Shown piece after piece: positions 9,689 through 20,061 of a stretch of 64,000 nucleotides of DNA. Each line of letters opens with the position of its first letter. Position 1 is the first letter of the stretch. The position numbers and the translations under genes are program-made. The notes under the pieces are model-generated. The model was not told the DNA's origin and did not search any database. It saw only the letters and a program-made list of their open reading frames with translations. Source of the stretch: Escherichia coli (GTDB taxonomy: Bacteria > Pseudomonadota > Gammaproteobacteria > Enterobacterales > Enterobacteriaceae); NCBI RefSeq assembly GCF_003018235.1, contig NZ_CP027437.1. One strand, written 5' to 3'.

Positions 9689-10822
9689 TCAAAACGAAGC
9701 TAATTGACCCTGAATCCAGATTTGTTGCACATGCAGCCCGCTATCCAGCGCAACGATGCTGGCGCGTTTGCCCGGTTTAAGCGATCCCAGAACATCATCA
9801 ACACCCAGCATTTGCGCCGGATGCAGCGACGCCATATGGATGGCTTCGGCAGGCGTTACACCCGCCAACTCAACCATGTTGCGCACTGCCGCATCGACAG
9901 ACAGCGTACTGCCCGCCAGCCCACCGGACGCGGTACGGACAACGCCACCGTGCATCTGCACTTCTTCACCACATAACGTATAGCGACCATCCGGCATCCC
10001 GGCTGCCTGCATCGCGTCGGTGATGAGCACGATTCTCTCTTTTGCACAGCAACAACACAGCGACATCGCCGCCGGATGCACATGATGACCATCGGCTATC
10101 AGTTCCAGCCAGGCGCGCTTGTCCGTTAATCCCGCACCAACCATTCCCGGTTCGCGGTGATGTAAACCTGTCATCCCGTTATAGCAATGCACCAGGCCGT
10201 CGGCACCAGCGTCAAACGCGGCACGGGTTTGTTGCCAGGTCGCCGCGCTATGCCCCAGCATCACCCGTACGTTTTGCTGTTTAAGATGGCGGATGGCCTG
10301 CAATGCCCCTTCTTTTTCCGGTGCCAGCGCTACCACGCGCAAGGTGTGCTGAGAAACGGCAATCAACTGATCCAGCTCGGCAATTTCCAGCTCGCGAAAC
10401 AGCTCCGGCGGATGCGCGCCTTTATTCTGCGGCGTGAAGTATGGTCTTTCGAGATAACTCCCCAGCACTTGCGCACCAGGTCCGCCGCGTTGGCAACGTT
10501 GAGCAATACGTTTCAGCGCCGCATGAATGGTATTAAGCGGCGCGGTTACGGTGGTCGGTAACCAACTGCCGACACCTTCGCGTGCCTTGTGCATTGCCAG
10601 CTTGTCGAGCACATCCGGCGCGTCATCCATTACATCAACGCCCGCACCACCGTGTACATGGGTGTCGATGTAAGCGGGGCAGAGCAGTTCCGCATCGCGT
10701 TCAGTCACGCCCACTGGAATCGGTTCGATTGCTGCGATTACACCGTCAGCAATACGCAACTGATGGTCATCGAGCCATCCCTCTTCAGTCAGCAGCCTTC
10801 TGGCGCGCAGAACGTGTGTCAT
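9689..10822 (-). CDS. agaA: N-acetylgalactosamine-6-phosphate deacetylase AgaA (full length)
   Basis: Start chosen at MTHVLRARRLL (377 aa; track ORF extends 7 codons upstream); metal-dependent amidohydrolase; start overlaps agaF stop by ATGA. Confidence 0.85.
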   Translation of the reverse strand: MTHVLRARRLLTEEGWLDDHQLRIADGVIAAIEPIPVGVTERDAELLCPAYIDTHVHGGAGVDVMDDAPDVLDKLAMHKAREGVGSWLPTTVTAPLNTIHAALKRIAQRCQRGGPGAQVLGSYLERPYFTPQNKGAHPPELFRELEIAELDQLIAVSQHTLRVVALAPEKEGALQAIRHLKQQNVRVMLGHSAATWQQTRAAFDAGADGLVHCYNGMTGLHHREPGMVGAGLTDKRAWLELIADGHHVHPAAMSLCCCCAKERIVLITDAMQAAGMPDGRYTLCGEEVQMHGGVVRTASGGLAGSTLSVDAAVRNMVELAGVTPAEAIHMASLHPAQMLGVDDVLGSLKPGKRASIVALDSGLHVQQIWIQGQLASF

Positions 10823-11253
10823 ATTCCTTCCTCGACCGGACATTCTTCATGGCAGCGGCCTAACTCGTCCACCAAACTGGTCAGCCCACGGTGTCCACAC
10901 TCCAGCGCCTGCACACGGAACTCTTCACCGCTTAACCCTTCGCGCTCCAGCACCATCTCCAGTAGCAGTTGCAAATTGGTGCCGGTGATCACTTCACAGC
11001 CCGGTTTTTGCATCGCCAGCGTTGAAGCTACGCGAAACGGCGTGCCGCCCAGCAAATCCGTCAGAAAAACAATGCCGTCTTCACAATCGAGTTGGGCGAT
11101 GGCCTCTTCAAGCTGCGATGTAAGCAGCGCGGTGCTTGAGGTTTCGGGAAAATCGATGGCAATAAACTGCGATTGCTCGCCGAGGATTTGCTTCATTGCT
11201 TTTTCTATGCCACTGGCAAACCCGCCATGCCCTGTCAAAATAATACTTAACAT
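10819..11253 (-). CDS. agaF: PTS mannose-family EIIA component (GalNAc-specific)
   Basis: 144-aa ORF MLSIILTGHGGFASG..., EIIA-Man fold; position between agaE and agaA. Confidence 0.85.
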   Translation of the reverse strand: MLSIILTGHGGFASGIEKAMKQILGEQSQFIAIDFPETSSTALLTSQLEEAIAQLDCEDGIVFLTDLLGGTPFRVASTLAMQKPGCEVITGTNLQLLLEMVLEREGLSGEEFRVQALECGHRGLTSLVDELGRCHEECPVEEGI

Positions 11254-11270
11254 CTAATACCTCATTGTAT

Positions 11271-12155
11271 TTAAAGGAAATGGCAGAATTTACCGACGAT
11301 GCCGAGAACCACGGTAACTGCAATCAGGCGCAGCGGACTCCAGCCGCGGCGTACCAGCCAGAACATGGTCAGGGTGTAGACCAGCGGTAAGAAGGCTGGC
11401 ATCAGTTTGTCGATAACATCAGCCTGTAACTTAACCACTGCGTCGCCAGCGGTGATTTCCAGCGTGGTGCTTAAACGAACATAGGTTGCCACCAGCGCGC
11501 CGATTACCGTCATCCCAACGATTGACGCAGCATGGCCGACTTTTTGGGTATTCGCTTTAATGAGTGGAATCGCCGCCACGCCCATGCGGTAAGCATAATG
11601 CGCCAGACCAAAACGCAGCCCCAGGTGTACCACGTTGAACAGCACAATAAAGACGACTGCGCCAAGAATAGAGCCTTGTAGCGCGAGGCTTGCGCCTATC
11701 CCGCCACAAATCGGCAGTAGCGTCAGCCAGAACATCGCATCGCCAATCCCGCCGAGCGGCGCACCGACGGCAATTTTGGTGCTCTGAATACTGTTAACGT
11801 CCTGCTTAGAACGCTCCATCGCAAGGATAATGCCGATAACAAACGTCACCAGAAACGGATGGGTATTGAAGAAACCCATATGCCCTTTCATGGCGCGCGC
11901 CAGGTCGCGTTTATTAGTGTGGATCTTTTTCAGAGCAGGCAGCAGACCGTACAACCAGCCGGAAGCCTGCATACGCTCGTAGTTAAAAGACGCTTGTAAC
12001 AGCATGGAACGCCAGGCGACGCGGTTGATATCTTTTTTCGTCAGCTCTGCGCCAATGCTCTGATCTTCATACACGTTTTCATTGACGCCTGTCAGCAGTG
12101 TTTCTTCGTTTTCACTGACGTTCGGCAGGGTGGTTTGATTAGATGCCATCTTCAA
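11271..12155 (-). CDS. agaE: PTS mannose-family EIID component (GalNAc-specific)
   Basis: 294-aa membrane ORF; start uncertain (12155 or 12149), overlaps agaW stop. Confidence 0.8.
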   Translation of the reverse strand: MKMASNQTTLPNVSENEETLLTGVNENVYEDQSIGAELTKKDINRVAWRSMLLQASFNYERMQASGWLYGLLPALKKIHTNKRDLARAMKGHMGFFNTHPFLVTFVIGIILAMERSKQDVNSIQSTKIAVGAPLGGIGDAMFWLTLLPICGGIGASLALQGSILGAVVFIVLFNVVHLGLRFGLAHYAYRMGVAAIPLIKANTQKVGHAASIVGMTVIGALVATYVRLSTTLEITAGDAVVKLQADVIDKLMPAFLPLVYTLTMFWLVRRGWSPLRLIAVTVVLGIVGKFCHFL

Positions 12156-12918
12156 ATTCCTCTTTCTGTGCCGCAGGTTGAGTCGGTTCAGGAGATTTAC
12201 GCAGCAGATCGATCAGCGCCATCGCCAGCGCGGCGGCAGCAATAGCCAGCACCGGTAACTTGAGCCAGGCTGCGGCAACAAAGCCCAGGATGAAGTAGGG
12301 GATGTAGACGTTTTTCATCATGATTTTCAGCAGCACGGCAAAACCGATTGCTGGCATGATGCCGCCCGCGACGCCGAGGCCGTCGATTAATCGTTGCGGC
12401 AGGACATCAATGATGGTTTTGGCATGTTCTGCGCCGAAGTAGATAGGCAGGAAAGCGCAGAGAAAATAGAAAGTGCCGAGTGCCAGCAGTGCCAGATAGT
12501 TCACGCGTTCAATGCCGCGAGTATCGGCGTTCTCCGCCATCCGGTCGCAGCGGGACATTACGCCAGACATCACCGAGAACAGGAAGGTAATCCCCATCTG
12601 TACTGCGACAGCGAAAGGTACGGCGACACCGACCGCGACATCGGGTTTCACGCCAGTAGTAATGGCAAACGCCGTGCCGACGATAGTACCGATAATCACG
12701 TTAGGCGGTTGTGCGCCTGCCAGCGGGGCCAGCCCCATCCACACCAGTTCCAGCGTACCGCCGGTTAAAATACCGGTATGCAGATCGCCAAGTACCAGCC
12801 CGACTAACGGGCCGAGGACCACCGGGCGGTGCATATGGGTTAAGCCGTTAAACATATCCAGGCCAGCGATAAAGGCGATAATGCCCAACGCGAATGCCTG
12901 CAACAGACTGATTTCCAT
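12139..12918 (-). CDS. agaW: PTS mannose-family EIIC component (GalNAc-specific), intact
   Basis: 259-aa polytopic membrane ORF. Confidence 0.85.
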   Translation of the reverse strand: MEISLLQAFALGIIAFIAGLDMFNGLTHMHRPVVLGPLVGLVLGDLHTGILTGGTLELVWMGLAPLAGAQPPNVIIGTIVGTAFAITTGVKPDVAVGVAVPFAVAVQMGITFLFSVMSGVMSRCDRMAENADTRGIERVNYLALLALGTFYFLCAFLPIYFGAEHAKTIIDVLPQRLIDGLGVAGGIMPAIGFAVLLKIMMKNVYIPYFILGFVAAAWLKLPVLAIAAAALAMALIDLLRKSPEPTQPAAQKEEFEDGI

Positions 12919-12928
12919 GATGAATCCC

Positions 12929-13402
12929 TCAAAGTAATTTAAAGAGGTCCACAGCAGGCTCTGTCGGGACGCCCTGAACGAAGCATTCCACCCCAGCGGC
13001 TTTCAGGTCGTTAAATGCTGCGATATCGCCCGCATCCACAGAAACCGTTTTGGCGATTTGTTGCTTGCCATTGGCGTAGTGCATATTGCCAACGTTAATG
13101 CGATTCACCGGAACGCCACCTTTCACCAGCGTCAGGAAATCGGCAGGTGTTTTACAAACCAGCAGGATTTTCTGTCGATCGGCGGCGCGATGAATGTTGT
13201 CGATGACTTTTTGCAGCGTCCAGAAACGTACGGCGATCCCTTCTGCCAGTACCATTTCCATCAGGTTTTGTTGTACCGGATCTTCGGCAACCTCATCGTT
13301 GGCTACCAGCACCAGATTTGCCCCCGCAAATCCGACCCACTGAACGCCGACCTGACCGTGAATCAAGCGTTCATCAATCCGGCTTAAAATAATATTTGGC
13401 AT
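12929..13402 (-). CDS. agaV: PTS mannose-family EIIB component (GalNAc-specific)
   Basis: Start chosen at MPNIILSRIDERLIHGQVGV (157 aa; track ORF has a 12-codon upstream extension that would overlap kbaZ). Confidence 0.85.
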   Translation of the reverse strand: MPNIILSRIDERLIHGQVGVQWVGFAGANLVLVANDEVAEDPVQQNLMEMVLAEGIAVRFWTLQKVIDNIHRAADRQKILLVCKTPADFLTLVKGGVPVNRINVGNMHYANGKQQIAKTVSVDAGDIAAFNDLKAAGVECFVQGVPTEPAVDLFKLL

Positions 13403-13424
13403 AGCGTGTTCCTCTTTGTTTTGC

Positions 13425-14705
13425 TTATTGGCCTTCACAGGCTGTGTGGTACTGCGCCAGGATGTCCTGAATATGGTTGATAATGAGTTCCCGTGGCGTC
13501 GGTTGCAGCTCGCCGGAGCGAACTTTCACGTATTGCAGCGGCAGATACTGGCTGATGAGCGGCAGCGGAATCGGTGAATCCGCCAGATTACGAACCAGAT
13601 GGGCGAAAGCGTCATCAATCTGGCTGTCCGGCCAGTAATAGCGCACGCGATCCGAGTAGCTATAACCACGCGCCAGACGACGCGCGTTGCCGTCACCGTG
13701 GTAGTGGCTTTGCCAGTATTCCGGGCGGTCGAGCATCACGTTTTCCAGCACCTGACGCAGACCGGAACAGGCTTTCGCTGGTACCAGTTCTTCTTCAATC
13801 GCCGCCAGAGAAAAAAGGGCTTCACGCAGGGCGAAGGTCAGCGCCGGGCCAACTTTCAGAATGGCAAAGTGGTCAATCACCAGCTGGCGCAACGATTGCG
13901 GCGTTTGGTAATCGGTAGAGTGCGCTTCGAAAATCAGCGTTTCGTAGTTTTCGACCATCTGGCTTAATGCGGTCGCTTTAGCTGGCTGATAATCAATAAC
14001 GTTGGTGTGATCGAATTCGACGCCGGGTTGAACCACCAGGGCAATAATGCGTGGCCAGATGGCATTCAGGCCCTGCTTTTCAAAGGCGTGGCGATGGGCT
14101 TCCAGTGTGGCGCGGGCGGCATCCGGCGTGGTGACCGCCAGCTCGCTTAAGGTTTCATGCGCGCCGCCAGGTACCGGTACTTCGGTACCAATGACATACT
14201 CCAGATCGGCCGCGCCAAAATGTTCACGGCAGGTTTCTTCCGCCACTTTCGCCAGACGAGCGGCGCGTTCGGCCACGATGTCATCAGTTAAGGGAATCGG
14301 ATCGTCCTGACAGGACATGCTGCAATCAAGGTGAATTTTTTTGAATCCTGCCGCCACGTAGCTTTTAATCAAATCATCGGCATTGGCCATTGCCTGAGCG
14401 GCAGGCAGGTTTTGCCAGCGGTTTGGCCCCAGATGGTCGCCACCCAGAATCAACGCATCCTGTGGGAAATTCAACGAGTCGGCGAGCTGACAAACAAAGC
14501 CGCGAAAATCGGCGGGCGTCATTCCGGTATAACCGCCGAACTGGTCCACCTGATTGGAGGTTGCTTCAATCAGTAACGGTGTTTGGTTTGCACTGGCGTA
14601 GCGGATTGCAGCTTCCAGCACCAGCGGATGTGCGGAACAAACGGCATAAATCCCATTTGTTTTGCCCTCTTTGTGCTGTCTCACCATTTCTGTCAGATGT
14701 TTCAC
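13425..14705 (-). CDS. kbaZ: Tagatose-bisphosphate aldolase non-catalytic subunit KbaZ
   Basis: 426-aa ORF, GTG start; [33 protein letters not shown]... Confidence 0.9.
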   Translation of the reverse strand: MKHLTEMVRQHKEGKTNGIYAVCSAHPLVLEAAIRYASANQTPLLIEATSNQVDQFGGYTGMTPADFRGFVCQLADSLNFPQDALILGGDHLGPNRWQNLPAAQAMANADDLIKSYVAAGFKKIHLDCSMSCQDDPIPLTDDIVAERAARLAKVAEETCREHFGAADLEYVIGTEVPVPGGAHETLSELAVTTPDAARATLEAHRHAFEKQGLNAIWPRIIALVVQPGVEFDHTNVIDYQPAKATALSQMVENYETLIFEAHSTDYQTPQSLRQLVIDHFAILKVGPALTFALREALFSLAAIEEELVPAKACSGLRQVLENVMLDRPEYWQSHYHGDGNARRLARGYSYSDRVRYYWPDSQIDDAFAHLVRNLADSPIPLPLISQYLPLQYVKVRSGELQPTPRELIINHIQDILAQYHTACEGQ

Positions 14706-14953
14706 TTTCCTCTCCAGTTCAGATTACTGCGATATTAATCTTTCGTTTTGTTTCAGTTGATACTGCGCCATGGTGAGATAAAAATAAAACGAAAGATAAT
14801 AGTTTTCTGATCTGATTCACAAAAGAAACATAATGAAAGCCACTGAAACGAGAGTAGCTTGCGCCAATGGGTAAGGTGGGCTTGCATTTGCTTAATAGAA
14901 AGGCGTTAATAGGCAAAACGAAATGAAACGAAAGTTTTACGAAAGGACTTACT
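14706..14953. promoter_or_regulatory. Divergent kbaZ/agaR promoter region with AgaR operator repeats
   Basis: Multiple copies of TTTCGTTTTGTTTC / AAACGAAATGAAACGAAAG type repeats in the 248-bp divergent intergenic region. Confidence 0.5.
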
Positions 14954-15763
14954 ATGAGTAATACCGACGCTTCAGGCGAGAAGCGAGTGACAGGCACCAG
15001 TGAGCGACGAGAGCAGATCATTCAACGCCTGCGCCAGCAAGGAAGTGTGCAGGTTAACGATCTGTCGGCATTGTATGGCGTATCTACTGTGACGATCCGC
15101 AACGATCTGGCGTTTCTGGAAAAGCAGGGGATCGCTGTGCGTGCCTATGGCGGCGCGTTGATCTGCGATAGCACGACGCCGTCAGTCGAGCCATCAGTGG
15201 AAGATAAAAGCGCGCTGAACACCGCAATGAAACGCAGCGTTGCGAAAGCTGCCGTTGAGTTGATTCAGCCAGGTCATCGGGTAATCCTCGATTCCGGGAC
15301 CACCACTTTTGAGATTGCTCGTCTGATGCGCAAGCACACTGACGTAATTGCGATGACCAACGGTATGAACGTGGCTAATGCGTTGCTGGAAGCGGAAGGC
15401 GTTGAGCTGCTGATGACCGGCGGGCATTTGCGCCGTCAGTCGCAATCTTTTTACGGCGATCAGGCTGAACAATCGCTGCAAAATTACCACTTCGATATGC
15501 TGTTTCTTGGCGTAGATGCGATCGATCTGGAGCGCGGCGTCAGCACGCATAATGAAGATGAAGCCCGTTTAAACCGTCGGATGTGCGAAGTTGCGGAACG
15601 GATCATCGTGGTCACCGATTCCAGTAAGTTCAATCGTTCCAGTTTACATAAGATCATTGATACTCAACGTATCGACATGATCATTGTTGATGAAGGCATT
15701 CCTGCGGATAGTCTGGAAGGACTGCGAAAGGCTGGGGTTGAAGTGATTCTGGTCGGGGAGTGA
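14954..15763 (+). CDS. agaR: DeoR-family repressor of the aga regulon AgaR
   Basis: 269-aa ORF with N-terminal HTH and C-terminal DeoR sugar-binding domain. Confidence 0.9.
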
Positions 15764-15817
15764 GAAAGGGTGCCCGCTGGTCAACACGAATGCGTTCGGC
15801 GGGCATTGTGAACACCA

Positions 15818-16282
15818 TCAATGGGTTTCTTCTGTCTCTCGGGTGAGGGTTTCCCAGTCGGCAGGAGGATGTCCTCTTTTTAACATTTTGCTGAATACGG
15901 TATAGGCATCTGTTTTTTTACCGTAGGTGCGCAGAGTGTTTTCATCGTTCATCCATCCCAGAATGATGACTTTCTCTTTTTCACTATAACGAAAGAAGAG
16001 ACGATAACGACCAGCACCAAATTTTACCCGTGACCAGTCTTTATTTTTCCCAGAGCCTAACGACTTGCCATGACGGAATGCCGGTGATGATGGATTGACC
16101 GTGATATGCTCCTCAATCACTTTATGGACTACCGCCAATAACTTTGTGGCGGCTTTTCTCTGATAATTTTCAGGATCTTTTCCCTTTAATATCTCGACTT
16201 CGGCAACTAAAGCGTCGTAGGTTTCCTGAAAACAGGGATGAGCATATAGCGCCCAACCATTAACCCTTTGTGGAAAATCCAT
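15818..16282 (-). CDS. yhaV: Type II toxin YhaV (ribosome-dependent mRNA interferase)
   Basis: 154-aa ORF MDFPQRVNGWALYAHPCFQETYDALVAEVE...; overlaps prlF stop by 1 nt. Confidence 0.9.
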   Translation of the reverse strand: MDFPQRVNGWALYAHPCFQETYDALVAEVEILKGKDPENYQRKAATKLLAVVHKVIEEHITVNPSSPAFRHGKSLGSGKNKDWSRVKFGAGRYRLFFRYSEKEKVIILGWMNDENTLRTYGKKTDAYTVFSKMLKRGHPPADWETLTRETEETH

Positions 16283-16617
16283 TATTCGTCGTCGCCAATC
16301 TCATCATCAATGTTGACGTCCAGGCCAGCGACCAGTTTCTTTCCTTGCTGAATGTTGAATGGACGAGTTTTTTGCGGGTTGTTCTGGATATCTGCATCCA
16401 GAAAACGCAAAAATGCATTCATGGTATGATCCTCCTGTTCATCTCCCAGTCGGCACATAAATACTTGCCCACCAGGCAGAATTTCGTAATGAATGCTGTC
16501 CTGGCCTGGCTTCAGTTTTAAGGCCTCACGCACTGGCGCGGGGATAGTTGTTTGTCCGCGTATCGTGACCTTTGATTCAGTGGTCAGTACAGCGTGAGAG
16601 CGAGCATTAGCGGGCAT
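16282..16617 (-). CDS. prlF: Antitoxin PrlF (SohA), AbrB/SpoVT-fold DNA-binding
   Basis: 111-aa ORF MPANARSHAVLTTESKVTIRGQTTIPAPVREAL..., acidic C-terminal tail. Confidence 0.9.
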   Translation of the reverse strand: MPANARSHAVLTTESKVTIRGQTTIPAPVREALKLKPGQDSIHYEILPGGQVFMCRLGDEQEDHTMNAFLRFLDADIQNNPQKTRPFNIQQGKKLVAGLDVNIDDEIGDDE

Positions 16618-16673
16618 GATTCACTGTCCTTTTACAGCCTGTTTTCTGCTCAAATTATAAGCTTGAACTAAGG

Positions 16674-16689
16674 TAATGCAAATGCATTA
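16674..16689. promoter_or_regulatory. Perfect 16-bp palindrome in prlF promoter (candidate PrlF-YhaV operator)
   Basis: TAATGCAAATGCATTA, 57-72 nt upstream of prlF ATG. Confidence 0.35.
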
Positions 16690-16716
16690 TTAATGGACGT
16701 GGGGACTTTAAACAAT

Positions 16717-16743
16717 AAAAACATGGCACTAAGGCCATGTTTT
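16717..16743 (-). terminator. Rho-independent terminator downstream of garD
   Basis: Hairpin AAAACATGGCC-ttagt-GCCATGTTTT followed by U-rich tract on minus strand. Confidence 0.5.
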
Positions 16744-16765
16744 GCGAGGGACGTTCCAAAAGAAA

Positions 16766-18337
16766 TCAGGTCACCGGTGCCGGGTTAAACACCGCCAGCT
16801 GGTTATGCAGTCCCCATTGATCTGAGAAGGTTTTCTTCTTCCCGCTGGCGACGTCGAGAATAAAGTGGAACAACTTCCAGCCCACCTCTTCAATAGTTTC
16901 TTCGCCAGTAGCGATGGTGCCCGCATTAATATCCATTAAATCAAACCAGCGGTTCGCCAGCTCGGTGCGGGTCGCCATTTTAATGACGGGTACCGCCATC
17001 AGGCCGTACGGCGTACCGCGACCGGTCGTAAACACTTGCACGGTAATCCCTGAAGCCACCTGTTGTGTGCCACAGACAAAATCGCTGGCTGGCGTCGCGG
17101 CGTAAATTAATCCGCGTTTAGTCGGGCGTTGACCGGGCGACAGCACTTCAACAATTGCACTTTTACCCGATTTAGCAATGGAGCCGAGCGCTTTCTCCAC
17201 CACGTTTGCCAGACCGCCTTTCTTGTTGCCCGGCGAAGGGTTGGCGCTGCGGTCGGTTTTTCCCATATTGAGATAGTTATCGTACCACTCCATCTCCTCC
17301 AGCAGCCGTTTGCCGACCTCTTTGTTCACTGCGCGTGGTGTCAGCAGATGGATCGCGTCACGCACTTCCGTGACTTCTGAAAACATCACCGTTGCGCCGC
17401 AGCGCACCAGTAGATCAGACGCATACCCAACCGCCGGGTTTGCCGTTACGCCAGAAAACGCATCGCTGCCGCCGCACTGCATGCCGACAACCAGTTCTGA
17501 AGCCGGACAGGTTTCTCGCTGCCGTTGATTCAGTTTGTGCAAATGGCGTTCGGCGACCTGCAAAATATCCTCGACCATGGACTGAAAGCCGACATGCTTT
17601 TCATCCTGCAAACTGACAATGCTGGCGCTTTCTACTGGAATAGCTTGCACATCATCTGTTCCAGTCAGCAGGCGCTCAGGCTGCAACTTTTCACAACCCA
17701 GACCAATCACCATTACTTCGCCGCCAAAGTTAGGGTTCAGCGAAATATTGTGGATGGTACGAATAGGCACAACTGCCGCCGGTGCGTTAATCGCCACGCC
17801 ACAGCCGTACAAATGATTCAGCCCCACCACGCCATCGACGTTCGGGTATTTCGGTAGCAGATCGCGTTCAATGATTTTTACTACATAGTCCACCACGCCT
17901 GCCACACAGTGGACGCTGGTGGTGATGCCGAGCAGGTTTTTGGTGCCCACGCTGCCATCGGCATTGCGATAGCCCTCAAAGGTGTATCCTTCCAGTGGCG
18001 GTAAGGGTTCCGGGACTTTGGTTGCCAGTGGCAGCGTGTGTAACGGTGGCGCTTCCGGTAGCACAACCATTGATTCGTCGATCCAGCTTCCGCGTGGGAT
18101 TGCGCGCACGGCGTAACCAATCACTTCGCCATAACGAATAATTTCACCATTAGCCGGAATGTCCAGCAATGCGACTTTATGCCCCTGGGGAATATGTTCA
18201 ATTAATTCCAGCCCATCCGGAAAACGCGTTCCTGCTTTCAGGCCATTATCATTAACAATAATTGCCACATTATCTGTGTCGTGAACTTTTATATAAAACG
18301 CAGTTGGCGTTTCTTGTCTGATTTCGATGTTGGCCAT
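16766..18337 (-). CDS. garD: Galactarate dehydratase GarD
   Basis: 523-aa [29 protein letters not shown]...; altronate/galactarate dehydratase (SAF + UxaA) family. Confidence 0.9.
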   Translation of the reverse strand: MANIEIRQETPTAFYIKVHDTDNVAIIVNDNGLKAGTRFPDGLELIEHIPQGHKVALLDIPANGEIIRYGEVIGYAVRAIPRGSWIDESMVVLPEAPPLHTLPLATKVPEPLPPLEGYTFEGYRNADGSVGTKNLLGITTSVHCVAGVVDYVVKIIERDLLPKYPNVDGVVGLNHLYGCGVAINAPAAVVPIRTIHNISLNPNFGGEVMVIGLGCEKLQPERLLTGTDDVQAIPVESASIVSLQDEKHVGFQSMVEDILQVAERHLHKLNQRQRETCPASELVVGMQCGGSDAFSGVTANPAVGYASDLLVRCGATVMFSEVTEVRDAIHLLTPRAVNKEVGKRLLEEMEWYDNYLNMGKTDRSANPSPGNKKGGLANVVEKALGSIAKSGKSAIVEVLSPGQRPTKRGLIYAATPASDFVCGTQQVASGITVQVFTTGRGTPYGLMAVPVIKMATRTELANRWFDLMDINAGTIATGEETIEEVGWKLFHFILDVASGKKKTFSDQWGLHNQLAVFNPAPVT

Positions 18338-18711
18338 TGTGCAATATTCTCCAGCCAGGGGTTATTAAAATGAGGACCTGGTCTCATTTAAAAATAAATG
18401 ACTTCATTGGGTGAAATAAGAATGTCAGGAGTTTAAAGGCAGAAATGTGATCAATGTCAATCATTTCAGGGATTGCAGTGCCGCGCGGTAAGGTAAAGCG
18501 CAAATCTGTGCTTTAGCGCGCAACCTTATGTGCATATGCTCAAAATAATATTTAAATAGTATTAATTAAATTAGCATTTGCACAATGATTATTATTCTCG
18601 CGCTGCTTATACTAATTCCCGAGTTCATTGCCGTAACGGCATAAATAAAACTCATAAATAACACCTTCCCCATAATAATAAAAATCAGCATAAGTACCCG
18701 AGGTAAATAAA

Positions 18712-20046
18712 ATGATTCTGGACACCGTTGACGTAAAAAAGAAAGGCGTGCATACCCGCTATTTAATATTACTGATTATTTTTATTGTTACCGCCGTTAA
18801 CTACGCCGATCGTGCAACGCTGTCTATTGCTGGTACCGAAGTGGCAAAAGAGTTGCAGTTAAGTGCGGTTTCGATGGGTTACATCTTCTCTGCTTTTGGC
18901 TGGGCCTACTTGCTGATGCAAATCCCCGGCGGCTGGCTGCTTGATAAGTTTGGTTCGAAAAAAGTTTACACCTACAGCCTCTTTTTCTGGTCGCTATTCA
19001 CCTTCCTGCAAGGCTTTGTTGATATGTTCCCGCTGGCCTGGGCAGGGATCTCCATGTTCTTTATGCGCTTTATGCTGGGGTTCTCGGAAGCGCCATCATT
19101 CCCGGCGAACGCCCGTATTGTCGCCGCCTGGTTCCCAACGAAAGAACGTGGTACTGCCTCCGCCATCTTTAACTCGGCGCAATATTTCTCGCTGGCGCTC
19201 TTTTCGCCGCTGCTTGGCTGGCTGACTTTCGCCTGGGGCTGGGAGCACGTCTTTACCGTTATGGGGGTAATTGGTTTTGTGCTGACGGCGCTGTGGATCA
19301 AGTTGATTCATAACCCGACAGATCACCCACGTATGTCTGCGGAAGAGCTGAAGTTTATCTCAGAAAATGGCGCGGTGGTCGATATGGACCACAAAAAGCC
19401 GGGCAGTGTGGCAGCAAGCGGTCCCAAACTGCATTACATCAAGCAATTGCTCTCTAACCGCATGATGCTGGGCGTATTTTTCGGACAATATTTTATCAAC
19501 ACCATCACCTGGTTCTTCCTCACCTGGTTCCCAATTTATCTGGTGCAGGAAAAAGGCATGTCGATTCTGAAAGTGGGTCTGGTCGCCTCGATTCCGGCAC
19601 TGTGTGGCTTTGCGGGCGGCGTGCTGGGAGGTGTCTTCTCGGATTATCTGATCAAACGCGGTTTGTCCCTGACCCTGGCACGTAAGCTACCGATTGTGCT
19701 GGGAATGTTGCTGGCTTCCACCATCATCTTATGTAACTACACCAACAACACCACGCTGGTGGTCATGCTGATGGCGCTGGCTTTCTTTGGCAAAGGATTT
19801 GGTGCGCTGGGCTGGCCGGTAATTTCTGACACCGCGCCGAAAGAGATTGTTGGCCTCTGCGGCGGCGTCTTTAACGTCTTTGGCAATGTTGCCTCCATTG
19901 TCACTCCACTGGTGATTGGCTATCTGGTAAGTGAACTGCACTCCTTCAATGCAGCACTGGTTTTCGTGGGATGTTCAGCGCTGATGGCGATGGTCTGCTA
20001 CCTCTTTGTAGTTGGCGACATTAAACGTATGGAATTGCAGAAATAA
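18712..20046 (+). CDS. garP: Galactarate/glucarate/glycerate MFS transporter GarP
   Basis: 444-aa MFS ORF; first gene of garPLRK, divergent from garD. Confidence 0.9.
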   Translation: MILDTVDVKKKGVHTRYLILLIIFIVTAVNYADRATLSIAGTEVAKELQLSAVSMGYIFSAFGWAYLLMQIPGGWLLDKFGSKKVYTYSLFFWSLFTFLQGFVDMFPLAWAGISMFFMRFMLGFSEAPSFPANARIVAAWFPTKERGTASAIFNSAQYFSLALFSPLLGWLTFAWGWEHVFTVMGVIGFVLTALWIKLIHNPTDHPRMSAEELKFISENGAVVDMDHKKPGSVAASGPKLHYIKQLLSNRMMLGVFFGQYFINTITWFFLTWFPIYLVQEKGMSILKVGLVASIPALCGFAGGVLGGVFSDYLIKRGLSLTLARKLPIVLGMLLASTIILCNYTNNTTLVVMLMALAFFGKGFGALGWPVISDTAPKEIVGLCGGVFNVFGNVASIVTPLVIGYLVSELHSFNAALVFVGCSALMAMVCYLFVVGDIKRMELQK

Positions 20047-20061
20047 GCAAAGGTATAAGCG

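Noticed and set aside
10589-11257. 222-aa plus-strand ORF spanning agaA/agaF
   Set aside because: Antisense to two well-supported PTS/deacetylase genes
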